From a virus: a stretch of DNA of 64,000 nucleotides. Shown one piece after another: positions 47,571 through 57,291 of this stretch (position 1 is its first letter; each line of letters starts with the position of its first letter). Location: positions 7,110 to 71,109 of IMG/VR virus record IMGVR_UViG_3300006754_000012; one strand, written 5' to 3'. The notes beneath the pieces were generated by a model. That model was not told the DNA's origin, ran no database searches, and worked only from the letters and a program-made list of their open reading frames with translations. The translations under genes and the position numbers were made by a program.

Positions 47571-48689
47571 ATGAATCGTACAGACTTTGTATTGAGAGCA
47601 TCGTTTTGGCTTGATCGTGGAATTGAGACTTTAAGTGTAGGCGCTAAGCTTACTTTATTAGAGCTAATGTCAAGAGCAGACAAGGACGGTGTTGTAGAAA
47701 TACACCGTTCTAAAATGAACCCTATTGATCTGGTTGATCTGGAGGCGTCTGGAGAGATAGCTGTATGGGTTGCTGGTGATGGTGAGTATGCGTGGATCGT
47801 TAGGTTTTCTACCGATCAGCCTTCTAAGGGGAGGTTTGCAATAGGGAGGAATTTAGACTTACCACCTCCGCCTAAAGATAAGGTCGTAGCTTGCCTAGAA
47901 ATAAAGCGTGGGTGGAGGCCAACAGAAGCCCAAGCTAAACAGGCGTGCCCCCGTGCTTGGGGTTCTATTAAATCAACAGGTGTAGCGGCAAGTAGTAGCG
48001 AGGTCTACACGGTTTATGAAGAGTGGAGAAAACGCCAAATAAGGCCAGGAGCTTGTAAGCTCGGCCCAGCTACCCAAGAAACAATAAGGGGGGGGTTAAG
48101 AAACGCAACGGTAGAGCAGATCGTAAACCTAATTCGTTATGCTTATGAAGCAGATGAGCCTGGGCCTAGGTTTTGGAGGGGTGATAACCAAAGCGGGCGA
48201 AAATATCTTGGGCTGGACAACCTGCTAGTTGGTAAGAAAATAGAGTCCCGCTTACAAATGGTAAGTGAATGGCTTGAAAAAGAAACTAAGTCAACAGCTA
48301 TGGGGGATGGTACGGACTTAGGGCCAATGGCGGCCTACAGAAGCCGTAGGCGCTCGCCAAGTAAGCCCCCAACCCCTACGGGCAATAAGGCCAGTGTAGA
48401 ACAACAGGGGGCTACTGAGGGGCTTGTACCAGCAGGGACAAAAACTACACCTAACCCAAGGCCAAAACGCCTAAATGCTCAGTGTAGAAAAATACTGTGG
48501 TTGTTTAGGAATAATGGGGGCAGTGGTGTCCGTACTGCTGAACTGGCCAAAATAGCATTGAAATATTCAGCGAGAATTTCAGAACTTCGTGGGTACGGGT
48601 ACCCAATTGTTTGTGAGAAAAGATCTGCTGACGGCAATAACCTTTACATGATGAAAGAACGGGGCAAAAGTGAAGAAATGGATAGATGA
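47571..48689 (+). CDS. Phage replication initiator-like protein with C-terminal wHTH
   Basis: N-terminal LSVGAKLTLLELMSRADKDG; central FWRGDNQSGRKYLGLDNLL; C-terminal YSARISELRGYGYPI. Confidence 0.6.
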   Translation: MNRTDFVLRASFWLDRGIETLSVGAKLTLLELMSRADKDGVVEIHRSKMNPIDLVDLEASGEIAVWVAGDGEYAWIVRFSTDQPSKGRFAIGRNLDLPPPPKDKVVACLEIKRGWRPTEAQAKQACPRAWGSIKSTGVAASSSEVYTVYEEWRKRQIRPGACKLGPATQETIRGGLRNATVEQIVNLIRYAYEADEPGPRFWRGDNQSGRKYLGLDNLLVGKKIESRLQMVSEWLEKETKSTAMGDGTDLGPMAAYRSRRRSPSKPPTPTGNKASVEQQGATEGLVPAGTKTTPNPRPKRLNAQCRKILWLFRNNGGSGVRTAELAKIALKYSARISELRGYGYPIVCEKRSADGNNLYMMKERGKSEEMDR

Positions 48690-50643
48690 GTTAAAAAGTG
48701 CAAGCGTTTGGGAGGTAGCGACTAACCTAGGGCTTAAGAAGACGAGGGGTAATGGTGTCAGCCCATGCCCAAGTTGTGGTGTTATCACTCGCGGATCTAC
48801 CGACAAAAGGGGGCCAGTTGGGGTTAATGGGGAAGGTACAGGGTGGCGTTGTTTTAAGTGTGATGTAAGTGGTGATGCCTTACAACTCGCCGCGTATGCT
48901 TTAGAAGGTAAAACACTTGCTAACTGTGGTGCAGAAGCGAAAAAAAGGATCTCCCAAAAATTCCAGAAATGGGGAATGGTGGGGGCTATAGAAAATAAGG
49001 GGGGGGGTTATCGGATTAGCAAAGTAGTCCAGACCCAAAAACAAAAAAGGGATAGGTATGCGCCGAAGCCATACATCAACCCAAAATACAAGTGGCATAA
49101 GGACATACTACCCGTATGTGAATCGGCTTTATGGGGTAGTGATGGTGCTTTAGTCCTGTCTTATTTACAGAGTAGGGGCTTCAGAGAGGAAACTCTTAAA
49201 GCTTGGTATATAGGCGCACTAATCATTAAGAATAATGATGGTAAGATAGTAGAGCAGTTTGTTGCTATACCTGTTTTAGATAAAGACGGAAAATGTGTCA
49301 ACATGCGCTTTAGGAGTGTTCCAGGCGACTGCTTATATTGTGATGGGGCAGGTTGTAGAAGATGTCACCAAGTAGGGGAGGTTAAGAAGATCTACCTCCG
49401 TTGCCCTGGAAGGCCGACAACACTGTTTGGGGTGAAGCAGCTAAAAGAAGACAAGTCAGACGATGTGTATATTTGTGAAGGTGAGCTTGATGTTATCGCT
49501 CTATGGCAATTGGGTGTAAAAGACAATGTAGTAAGTGGGACTGGTGGTGCTGGTACTTGGGATGACGAATGGCTTGATATACTTGAGCCATACAGGCATT
49601 TTGTTATTGTTTACGATACTGATGCCGCTGGGGAAAAGGGGGCAAAAGGTGTAGCTGACAAGCTTGGTAGAGATCGGTGTAGTCGGGCAAAACTCCCAGA
49701 AAAAGACCCCGCAGAGTGTATGGAAAAAGGCCATTCCCCCAAAAGAATAATGATCGCGCTTGATAATGCACAACCATTATTAGAAGCAGGGCTTGTTAGG
49801 GTGGACGCCTATGCTATGGAAGTTGAAAGGCTAGTAAGTTCACCGCAAAACCATAAGGGATTATCTATAGGCTCCCAAAAAATGGAGGAAGCGCTTGGAG
49901 GTTGGAGGCCTGAACTTGTTGTAGTGACAGGCGACACAGCGGCAGGGAAAACGAGCTTTGTGACATGGCTGGCTCTTGAGCAAGCGAGGCGAGGAGTAGG
50001 TGTCTTATTAACGAGCTTTGAGCAAAGGCCGATAGGGACAGTACAGAAACTCTTGAGAGCGGAAGTCGGTGGGGACTTTACAGAAGTTGATCAAGCGACG
50101 AGAGCAAATGCGATGGCGACCCTTGGTAGCCTTCCTATCTATATGGTCGATCATTATGGTGAGCTTGCGACGGATCAAATGAGGGACTTGCTTAGTTACT
50201 CTTCTCGCAGAAGAGATGTAAGGTTTGCCGTAGTTGACCACCTTGGTTTTATGGTTCAGAACGCAGACGATGAGAGGAAAGCAATAGAGGCGGTAGTCCG
50301 TGACTATGCAACACTTTCTGTTCACTTAGGCATGACTATTGTGCTTATCTGCCACCCAAACAATATGTCTATCGCCCAACAACGTAGGGTCAAGTTGGGT
50401 GATTTGAAGGGCGCGAGTGCTATACGGCAAGACGCACATACAGGCATCGTTGTGGAAAGGATACTTCCAGGCAAGACAGTTGAGCATCCTGCGGCTGCCG
50501 TCCATATAGATAAATGTAGGTCTGAGTTTGGCCTGCAAGGCGCACGATTGACCTTATTTTACGATCCACAGGCTTGTGTGTATGGCGACACATGGGAAGA
50601 AACCCCCGCTGGAAGGGCTATGTCGTACCAGCATGTCCCATAG
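48670..50643 (+). CDS. Primase-helicase (T7 gp4/Twinkle-like)
   Basis: Zn finger CPSC...CFKC; TOPRIM EGELD, YDTDAAG; DnaB-type GDTAAGKT, VDHL, ICHP, LKGASAIRQDA. Confidence 0.92.
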   Translation: MKKWIDELKSASVWEVATNLGLKKTRGNGVSPCPSCGVITRGSTDKRGPVGVNGEGTGWRCFKCDVSGDALQLAAYALEGKTLANCGAEAKKRISQKFQKWGMVGAIENKGGGYRISKVVQTQKQKRDRYAPKPYINPKYKWHKDILPVCESALWGSDGALVLSYLQSRGFREETLKAWYIGALIIKNNDGKIVEQFVAIPVLDKDGKCVNMRFRSVPGDCLYCDGAGCRRCHQVGEVKKIYLRCPGRPTTLFGVKQLKEDKSDDVYICEGELDVIALWQLGVKDNVVSGTGGAGTWDDEWLDILEPYRHFVIVYDTDAAGEKGAKGVADKLGRDRCSRAKLPEKDPAECMEKGHSPKRIMIALDNAQPLLEAGLVRVDAYAMEVERLVSSPQNHKGLSIGSQKMEEALGGWRPELVVVTGDTAAGKTSFVTWLALEQARRGVGVLLTSFEQRPIGTVQKLLRAEVGGDFTEVDQATRANAMATLGSLPIYMVDHYGELATDQMRDLLSYSSRRRDVRFAVVDHLGFMVQNADDERKAIEAVVRDYATLSVHLGMTIVLICHPNNMSIAQQRRVKLGDLKGASAIRQDAHTGIVVERILPGKTVEHPAAAVHIDKCRSEFGLQGARLTLFYDPQACVYGDTWEETPAGRAMSYQHVP

Positions 50644-50693
50644 CCAGCATGACGGGGCGGTCATACTAAGTTGGGTTTGGCGTAACTTTGAGG

Positions 50694-50777
50694 TTGCTTC
50701 TAACCAAAAGTGTGGTATTATAGTTTTAGAGTACAGCAAAACAGTTGTGCTTCAACAACCTGTAGGAGGGTAATATG
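50694..50777 (+). promoter_or_regulatory. Class I promoter plus leader hairpin plus SD
   Basis: TTGCTT-16-TATTAT with TAAC-N11 and TG; hairpin GTACAGC-AAAACA-GTTGTGC; TGTAGGAGGGTAATATG. Confidence 0.7.
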
Positions 50778-51836
50778 AAAAAGGTAGAACAAAACGTACA
50801 TGCTCAAGCCATTGTGGAAGACTTGGCGAAAGGGCTTGGCTTTAGTATTTGGTGGCAGTTCAATAGCTGCTACGTCACACCAGATGATCTTAGGGCGCGA
50901 GTCGCTATTGCGGGTGGAGATGATACTAAGATCTCTAATATTGACCCAAGCACTGCATTGAAAGCAGCGGTAAGGGAATTCCGTCAGCGTAAAGGTAAGA
51001 GGACAGTTGCTCAGGCCGAAGTAGTGTCGGAAGATGGCGCTTATATAAAAGTAGGCTTGCTATACCACGAGCGAATCAGTGATGATGAGGTTGCTAAGAA
51101 GCAGCGCGAAACATTGCTGTGGGACAAACACGCAAGAGTCTGGATTGATGGTTGCAACTCAGCCCATGCAGACGCACTCCGCAAGAAAGTAGAGCACAAG
51201 CAACGCTTTTACGATGGAAATGAGGTTCGTGAGCGCATTGTGATGCCAGCTATTCGCAACGCATGTGGCTTTTCAATCAAGAAGGGTTGGTACTTTATCC
51301 CAACTGACTTTGAGGAAGAGATCGCTAATGCTCAGGTAGCCCTTGAAGGGCTTGAGTCATTCCAGTTGCACTGTGCTTCAGTTCCAAAGGGGCATGGTTG
51401 GGAAGCCCCAGTTGCCGCAGGAGCAAGCGAGTCTCTTGGGGATGAGCTTAGCGCCATCGGTGATCAAGTGGAAGGGTGGCTGGAAATGAGTAGGCGCGTG
51501 CGCAGTGATACTGTAGAAAACGTAATGACTCGCTTTGGCGATATTATGAAGCGGGCGAGCATTATGGAAGCAGCGCTTTCTGTTTCGCTTGGTGATCTAC
51601 ATGATCGTGTGAAAGAGATGAAACTCCGTGCAAACGAGGTGATTGATCTCAAGGAAGATGAGGTAAGCAGCCGATATAGTGCTCCAGCACCAATGAAGAT
51701 TAGGGATACGCTTGCTTCATTAGAGGCTGGTAAAGTGCGTGAATCTTATCTTGCGATTGTTGGCGAAGAGCCACCAGAGGATCGTGAGGTGATGCTTGAT
51801 ACTTTGGCTGGACACATGGAAGGGCTGGTTGCATAG
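50775..51836 (+). CDS. Hypothetical protein (DUF6744-like) associated with the AAA+/VWA pair
   Basis: 353 aa; GWYFIP motif, helical C-terminus; precedes the MoxR ATPase. Confidence 0.6.
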   Translation: MKKVEQNVHAQAIVEDLAKGLGFSIWWQFNSCYVTPDDLRARVAIAGGDDTKISNIDPSTALKAAVREFRQRKGKRTVAQAEVVSEDGAYIKVGLLYHERISDDEVAKKQRETLLWDKHARVWIDGCNSAHADALRKKVEHKQRFYDGNEVRERIVMPAIRNACGFSIKKGWYFIPTDFEEEIANAQVALEGLESFQLHCASVPKGHGWEAPVAAGASESLGDELSAIGDQVEGWLEMSRRVRSDTVENVMTRFGDIMKRASIMEAALSVSLGDLHDRVKEMKLRANEVIDLKEDEVSSRYSAPAPMKIRDTLASLEAGKVRESYLAIVGEEPPEDREVMLDTLAGHMEGLVA

Positions 51837-51845
51837 CTCTAATCC

Positions 51846-51880
51846 AAGAGGGGGGGGCGAAAGCCCCCCTCTTATTGATT
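51846..51880 (+). terminator. Intrinsic terminator
   Basis: AAGAGGGGGGGGC-GAAA-GCCCCCCTCTT. Confidence 0.8.
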
Positions 51881-51909
51881 CGTACAAAATTATTTTAGTG
51901 ATATGTAAA

Positions 51910-51968
51910 TAACCGTTTTTGTGTTATTATGTATTTAGAACCAAAACAGCTTGTAGGAGGGCAATATG
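51910..51968 (+). promoter_or_regulatory. Class I promoter plus SD
   Basis: TAAC-N11-TATTAT with TG; GCTTGTAGGAGGGCAATATG. Confidence 0.65.
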
Positions 51969-53174
51969 GGACTGACAAACTTACAGACGAGAAACCAGCT
52001 TGGGTGCGACTTGCACGCGCATGATGCGTGGCAATCGCTAACCGAGGTTAGAGAGGCGCTGAAAGGCGCACTTATCAATAGGGATAAGGAAATAGATAGT
52101 GCCATTATGGCTCTATTGTGCAGACGGCATGTATTATTCCTTGGGCCTCCTGGTACCGCGAAAACAACAATGTTCAACTTGCTTTCAAAGGCATTTGGCT
52201 TCCAAGGTGATGAAGTATTCCGTAGGTTGATTACGGCGTTTTCTTTACCAGAAGACTTGTTTGGCCCTCTTGACTTCAAGAAGTTTGAGCAAGGTGATTA
52301 TGTAAGGAAAACAGGTGGGTTCCTACCACACGCGAAGTTTGCGCTAAAGGATGAAATCTTCAAGGGTAGCGATCCTATATTGAACGCCATGCTCACGGCA
52401 CTTGAGGAGCGTGAGTTTGATCAAGGCCCGAACAGGGTAAAGATGCCTCTTGAGACAGTCATTGGTTGTAGCAATGAATATCCTCAGTCAAGTATCCTTG
52501 ATGCGCTTTATGATCGCTTTATGTTCCGCGAGTGGACTGATTACCTAAAGGACAGGGGCGCAAGAAAGGAATTGATGATGATGTCTCGTAATGGGGCGAG
52601 GCCAACGGTCAATGTTACCATTAGTTCTGCTAACAGAGAGCTTCTCCAAGAAATAACTGACAGCGTAAACATCTCAGAAGATCTCATTGAGATTATGCTT
52701 GATGTATGGGAAACACTTGAGGTCAAGCATGGCATTAGCCTTTCTGATCGTAGATGGGCGCAATGCCTCGCTGCTGTCAAAGCACATGCGGTATTGGAAG
52801 GAAGGACAGTTGCTATAGCTCGCGACTTGATGGTGCTTACCCGCGTGATGTGGAACAAGCATGATGAGCGCCCTTCGGTTTATGCGGCTGTGTCTCAGCA
52901 CGCTTGCCCAGGACTGGTGAAGGTAGCCAAAGTACTGGACGGCGTGACAGGGCGCTATGCCGAGGTTGACCTAAAAGCACCAGGAGTTGACCACCTTGGC
53001 GCTTTGCTCCAAGTAGTCCGTATGGGAACAGATGAGATTGAGCGGATAGCAGGTGCTGGTGACATTAGCGTTGATGACTACGAGTACAAGAACGCTGAAG
53101 CAAAACTCAACTCAATGAAGAAAGAGGTTGGGCGAGCAATTGCTCGTAACACTGGGGCTTATGGGATGAAGTAG
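51966..53174 (+). CDS. MoxR-family AAA+ ATPase (RavA-like)
   Basis: HVLFLGPPGTAKT, PEDLFGP, DEIFKG, SNEYP, ALYDRF, SDRRW. Confidence 0.9.
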   Translation: MGLTNLQTRNQLGCDLHAHDAWQSLTEVREALKGALINRDKEIDSAIMALLCRRHVLFLGPPGTAKTTMFNLLSKAFGFQGDEVFRRLITAFSLPEDLFGPLDFKKFEQGDYVRKTGGFLPHAKFALKDEIFKGSDPILNAMLTALEEREFDQGPNRVKMPLETVIGCSNEYPQSSILDALYDRFMFREWTDYLKDRGARKELMMMSRNGARPTVNVTISSANRELLQEITDSVNISEDLIEIMLDVWETLEVKHGISLSDRRWAQCLAAVKAHAVLEGRTVAIARDLMVLTRVMWNKHDERPSVYAAVSQHACPGLVKVAKVLDGVTGRYAEVDLKAPGVDHLGALLQVVRMGTDEIERIAGAGDISVDDYEYKNAEAKLNSMKKEVGRAIARNTGAYGMK

Positions 53175-53211
53175 GGTATGGGGGCGAAAGCCCCGTCCCG
53201 TTTTGTTTTTT
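53174..53211 (+). terminator. Intrinsic terminator
   Basis: GGGGC-GAAA-GCCCC followed by TTTTGTTTTTT. Confidence 0.75.
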
Positions 53212-53216
53212 ATACG

Positions 53217-53245
53217 TTGTTCTATAACAGTTTAGGCGTTATAAT
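53217..53245 (+). promoter_or_regulatory. Class I promoter
   Basis: TTGTTC-17-TATAAT with TAAC-N11. Confidence 0.7.
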
Positions 53246-53265
53246 ATAAGGGTAGGAGGTTGATC

Positions 53266-54789
53266 ATGGAAGGCAATGGCTGGGATCTCAGTTCACAGAA
53301 TGTTGATCTTACTTTGAAGTTGGATGGATGGCTTCATTACTTGAGTGAGAGCAGGGTGGAGTCGGTGGCAGAGCTTACGAGGGAAGTAGGCACTATGTCT
53401 AAACACTTATTGAAGAAGGCGGGTGCCGTACCAAACCTTTCCAAGGAAAGAGATAGGGTAGATACTATTAGTAAGGGAACCGCTAAAGAGGTGTTTTCAA
53501 GACTCTATTCATCTAAAGACTTGGAGCAAGTAGCAGACACAGGTTCTGGAACCGAACTTACTAAGAAGGCACACGAGATCATTTCTGGGCTGGACGAGTT
53601 TGAGTCCTTACGGCAACAAGTGAATGGAGATCCTGATTTCTGCGCTTTGTCTACAAGCAAGTTGATGAAGGCGATAAACAACGCATTGCCAGCCATGATC
53701 GAAACGATGGAAGAGAAGGCAAAGGAAGAGAGGGCAAATAAAGCTAAAGAGCTTTTGGGCCTTCCAACATCACCACCCAAGAACGATGGCGGCCCCAATG
53801 GGGAGGATAGTTTCAGGGCGGCTGTTCGTGGGGCTTGTACGGATGCGGCAGGTGAGGTTAGTGATGTGAGGTCAGCCTTGGCGGGCATTTCCCCTGGATT
53901 AGAAGCGGCCCCGCCCATGTTCGGCCAGCAAGACACAAAGCGGCTTGAGTTAGCACGCCAACTCCAGAACAATGACAGGTTAAAGAAACTAATGATGCTT
54001 GCTGGCAGACTAAGAAGGCTTGCTGCGGCAGAACGTAAAGAAAGAGATCCAGATGGGGTTGGGGTCGTAACGGGCGTTACTCGCGGGGATGACTTCATGC
54101 GTATGTTGCCAACAGAGATGGCGATGCTGAAAGTCCCACAGATGAGGACTTACCAGTTAGCAAAGATGGCAGAAAAGAAGATGGCCCAATACCAAATGGA
54201 GGGCGAGAAAAAAGAAGGTAGAGGCCCCATTATTGTAATGTTAGACACAAGCGGTAGCATGACTAATGGTGATCGCGCGATGTGGGCTTCTGCGGTGGCA
54301 ATGAGTTGTATATCTACAGCACGACAAGAGAAGCGGTCATGCACGATCCTTGGTTTCAACCGTAGAGTTAATTTTATCTATACTATAGATGGTGATGGTG
54401 AGGCCTATTCGTACCCAAGCTCAACAGAGCTAGACAAGACGGTGCCAGTTGAAGGCGGCGCTCTTGAAGTATCGCTTAGGATGTCTAAGCTACAGTGTAA
54501 TGGGGGCACGGACTTTGATGATCCTTTTGAAGTAGCACTTAGTTTGGATGAGGAGCATTCTACGAGGGCTGGTAGGGCAGACTTGATCATGGTCACCGAT
54601 GGTGAGGCAGAAGTAGGCACTGAAACTTACCAATCGCTTGTTGATGCCAAGGAACAGACTGGCTTGAGGGTTTATGGCCTGACAGTCGGGGGTGGATCAT
54701 TCAGCAAGGTAATGCACGAGGTATGCGACAACATTGTTGACATTGGCGCGTTGGCCAACGAAAAGGAGGTTGCAGGTGCTCTCCCATAG
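53266..54789 (+). CDS. VWA-domain protein (ViaA-like)
   Basis: GDDFMRMLPTE, GPIIVMLDTSGSM (MIDAS), GGTDF, MVTDG. Confidence 0.9.
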   Translation: MEGNGWDLSSQNVDLTLKLDGWLHYLSESRVESVAELTREVGTMSKHLLKKAGAVPNLSKERDRVDTISKGTAKEVFSRLYSSKDLEQVADTGSGTELTKKAHEIISGLDEFESLRQQVNGDPDFCALSTSKLMKAINNALPAMIETMEEKAKEERANKAKELLGLPTSPPKNDGGPNGEDSFRAAVRGACTDAAGEVSDVRSALAGISPGLEAAPPMFGQQDTKRLELARQLQNNDRLKKLMMLAGRLRRLAAAERKERDPDGVGVVTGVTRGDDFMRMLPTEMAMLKVPQMRTYQLAKMAEKKMAQYQMEGEKKEGRGPIIVMLDTSGSMTNGDRAMWASAVAMSCISTARQEKRSCTILGFNRRVNFIYTIDGDGEAYSYPSSTELDKTVPVEGGALEVSLRMSKLQCNGGTDFDDPFEVALSLDEEHSTRAGRADLIMVTDGEAEVGTETYQSLVDAKEQTGLRVYGLTVGGGSFSKVMHEVCDNIVDIGALANEKEVAGALP

Positions 54790-54820
54790 CGACAATCGCG
54801 AGATCTCAACACAGGAAAGA

Positions 54821-55186
54821 ATGCGGCTTATGCACGTTGTTTCCTGTGTGTCTACGCTTAGCCATTGGGAGCCGATTGGCACCTTTGTTGAGGACGTAAA
54901 GTTAGCGCTGTCAGAAGGCGCTTGTATTGCTCACAAAGATCTCGATAGGGTTGCACGGTGGGCAAGCCGTTGGGACAGCCTTGATCGGCGCTTGAGGGCC
55001 TTCTATAGCGCCTTGCTGCACGATCCTGACTACAGGTGGGCAGCAGAAGCAGCCTTGTGGTCAATCCTTAAAGGAAATGCGCCAGCAAAGAGCAATGTTT
55101 ACTTCACACTAAAGAACAGGTGGTTGGAAATGTATAACGAGCCACCATCTATAGAAATAATACCAACGAGGATCATTAGGCAATGA
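54821..55186 (+). CDS. Hypothetical protein
   Basis: Fills the gap, ATGA-coupled to rmlC; start uncertain. Confidence 0.5.
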   Translation: MRLMHVVSCVSTLSHWEPIGTFVEDVKLALSEGACIAHKDLDRVARWASRWDSLDRRLRAFYSALLHDPDYRWAAEAALWSILKGNAPAKSNVYFTLKNRWLEMYNEPPSIEIIPTRIIRQ

Positions 55187-55767
55187 AAGTAGATAAAGAA
55201 TTATTAGACACAACAAGCCAAGCATTCCAAGATTATCTAAAAAGTCTTGGGTACGAGAGTGAGCGGTCTGTTCCAATGAAGCATAGGATTCCTATCCCAG
55301 TGGGAGACTCTCAATCAAAGTATCCGCTTAAGTGGAACGTAGATCCACGGGGTTCCCTTGTAGAGATATGGAGGAATTCATGGACCTATGGGCAAACAGG
55401 AAGCCCTGTGTCGCAAGCGTATATTAGTGTCACCAACCCAGGAGTAGTCAAAGGTTGGCATTGTCATTTGAGGCAGACCGATAGGTTTTTCTGTGTTCGC
55501 GGGAAAGTTATGCTTGTGACGTTTGATGCAAAGGGAGCTTTCTTTAGCGACAATGTTGATTTTGATTATGAAGTAACGATCATGGATTCAGATAGGAACC
55601 CAGAGACAGTTGTTATCCCTCCTGGTGTTGTCCATGGGTGGAAAGCGCTTGGCAACGAGGAGTCTTGGGTGCTCAACATGGTGAGCCATGAGTACGACGG
55701 TACAGATGAGTGGAGGTGCGATCCGCACAGTCACGCCTTTAACTGGAACAGGAGTTTTGACGGATGA
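55183..55767 (+). CDS. rmlC: dTDP-4-dehydrorhamnose 3,5-epimerase family cupin
   Basis: DPRGSLVE, PGVVKGWHCH..QTD, IPPGVVHGW. Confidence 0.8.
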   Translation: MKVDKELLDTTSQAFQDYLKSLGYESERSVPMKHRIPIPVGDSQSKYPLKWNVDPRGSLVEIWRNSWTYGQTGSPVSQAYISVTNPGVVKGWHCHLRQTDRFFCVRGKVMLVTFDAKGAFFSDNVDFDYEVTIMDSDRNPETVVIPPGVVHGWKALGNEESWVLNMVSHEYDGTDEWRCDPHSHAFNWNRSFDG

Positions 55768-55877
55768 CGACAGTACAAGTTTTTATGGCAGCCTACCTTA
55801 TTGGACTATTTTCTGGTCTTGGGTGGGGTGTAGCTTCAGCAACACACAAACAACAAAAAGGGGAGAAAGATGACTGA
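55764..55877 (+). CDS. 37-aa membrane peptide (not in the supplied ORF track)
   Basis: ATGA overlap with rmlC; MTTVQVFMAAYLIGLFSGLGWGVASATHK... Confidence 0.45.
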   Translation: MTTVQVFMAAYLIGLFSGLGWGVASATHKQQKGEKDD

Positions 55878-56352
55878 TAGAGAAAATACCGAGGCTTGGG
55901 CTTGGGTTTTAGAAAACCATAGTCTTATCAGGGCTACAACTTGGAAAGCGACCAAAGGTACACCCTTTGAGTATGAAGACATACGGAGCACACTAATCAT
56001 CCGTATTGTGGAAAAGTTTAGTTCTTTTGATCCGAACAAAGGGACGGCTAAGACTTGGCTTTTTTGGCAAGTGAGAGCTGTTTGTTCTGGAATGAGGACT
56101 AACCACAAAAGGAACAGCCATGAGCCGATTGAAGGTGATGTATTGGATCACAGGAATACATATTCAAGCATGGTTGCTTCTGCTGAATTGCTTTTCATAA
56201 AGCCGCTTGGGACTAAGGCAGAATGGGATGCAGTATTTGCAAGGTTTGAGGGGCTTACCGAGAAAGAGACACAAGAAAGGCTTGGTGTGACGCCGTTTTC
56301 AGCAAGAAAAAGAGTCGCCCGTTTAGCAAATAAAATTGAAAGGAGAGCATAA
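55870..56352 (+). CDS. Sigma70-family (ECF-like) sigma factor
   Basis: Region-2-like YEDI...FDPNKGTAKTW; region-4-like EGLTEKETQERLGVT. Confidence 0.7.
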   Translation: MTDRENTEAWAWVLENHSLIRATTWKATKGTPFEYEDIRSTLIIRIVEKFSSFDPNKGTAKTWLFWQVRAVCSGMRTNHKRNSHEPIEGDVLDHRNTYSSMVASAELLFIKPLGTKAEWDAVFARFEGLTEKETQERLGVTPFSARKRVARLANKIERRA

Positions 56353-56675
56353 TGAGTAAAGAAGAAGAAGAGACAGTACAAGAAGAACGCCCGTTATTAG
56401 AGCTAATGCTTGAAGGGGGTTCTTTACCAGTCAACAAGATCTTCAATGAACTGGCAACAGAATGGATTTATGAAAATAGGTCTACAAGTGTTGGTTTGTC
56501 TGAATATCTTGGGATCAAGCCCCAATCATGCAGTCAGTGGAAGACTGGATCAGATGGCAGGAAGCCAACATGGACAGCGATGATGACTTTAGCGAAGGAT
56601 CTAAAACTTGAGATTGTAATCAACTCTGATGAAATGTTCCTAAAGAAGACAAGCAGGCGCAAGGCTAAAAAATGA
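56352..56675 (+). CDS. Cro/C1-type HTH protein
   Basis: LSEYLGIKPQSCSQWKTG...PTW. Confidence 0.65.
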   Translation: MSKEEEETVQEERPLLELMLEGGSLPVNKIFNELATEWIYENRSTSVGLSEYLGIKPQSCSQWKTGSDGRKPTWTAMMTLAKDLKLEIVINSDEMFLKKTSRRKAKK

Positions 56676-57205
56676 GCCACGCGAATAGAGGGAAGGCTTG
56701 GGAGCAGCATTTAGAGTTGTTCCATGCTCGGTATGAGGCTCGTGGGGATGCGGTAGTTATTAGGACACCGCCCCCCATGAGGATCATACGGAGCAACGCA
56801 GGAGGCACGTTTATCGCCTGCTATGAGAAAGAGGGGCCGCCAGATTATGTTTTGCTTGCGCGAGGCAAAGCAATCATGGCAGAGGCTAAAGAATGTTCGG
56901 CTAAGAGGTGGGCGCTGAAAAACCTACACCCACACCAAGCGAAGAGACTTACTGAATGGGCGAACCAAGGCGGGTACAGCGTAATCCTCCTCCACCACAA
57001 ACCTTCATCTACTTATTGGACAATCCCTTGGCCAAGACTTCGGCCTATTTGGGATCGATGGTACATGCAGTCACTAGCGAATAGGCGTGCCGCGTCTGGT
57101 AGCGCGAGCATTGGTGTTGGTGAACTGGCTTCTGTTGGCATTCAGTTTGGTAGGGATGGGTACTTAGAGACAATACTGAACCCAGCGGCCAAGGCGCTCC
57201 CATAA
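56672..57205 (+). CDS. recU: RecU-family Holliday junction resolvase
   Basis: HANRGKAWE, PDY, EAKE, HPHQ. Confidence 0.8.
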   Translation: MSHANRGKAWEQHLELFHARYEARGDAVVIRTPPPMRIIRSNAGGTFIACYEKEGPPDYVLLARGKAIMAEAKECSAKRWALKNLHPHQAKRLTEWANQGGYSVILLHHKPSSTYWTIPWPRLRPIWDRWYMQSLANRRAASGSASIGVGELASVGIQFGRDGYLETILNPAAKALP

Positions 57206-57219
57206 GCTTATTTTAGATA

Positions 57220-57248
57220 TTGTTATCTAACGGCGCGCGTGGTATATT
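57220..57248 (+). promoter_or_regulatory. Class I promoter
   Basis: TTGTTA-17-TATATT with TAAC-N11 and TG. Confidence 0.65.
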
Positions 57249-57291
57249 ATTTTAGTAAAAAGCGGTAAAAACCAATAATAAAGGAGAGCAA

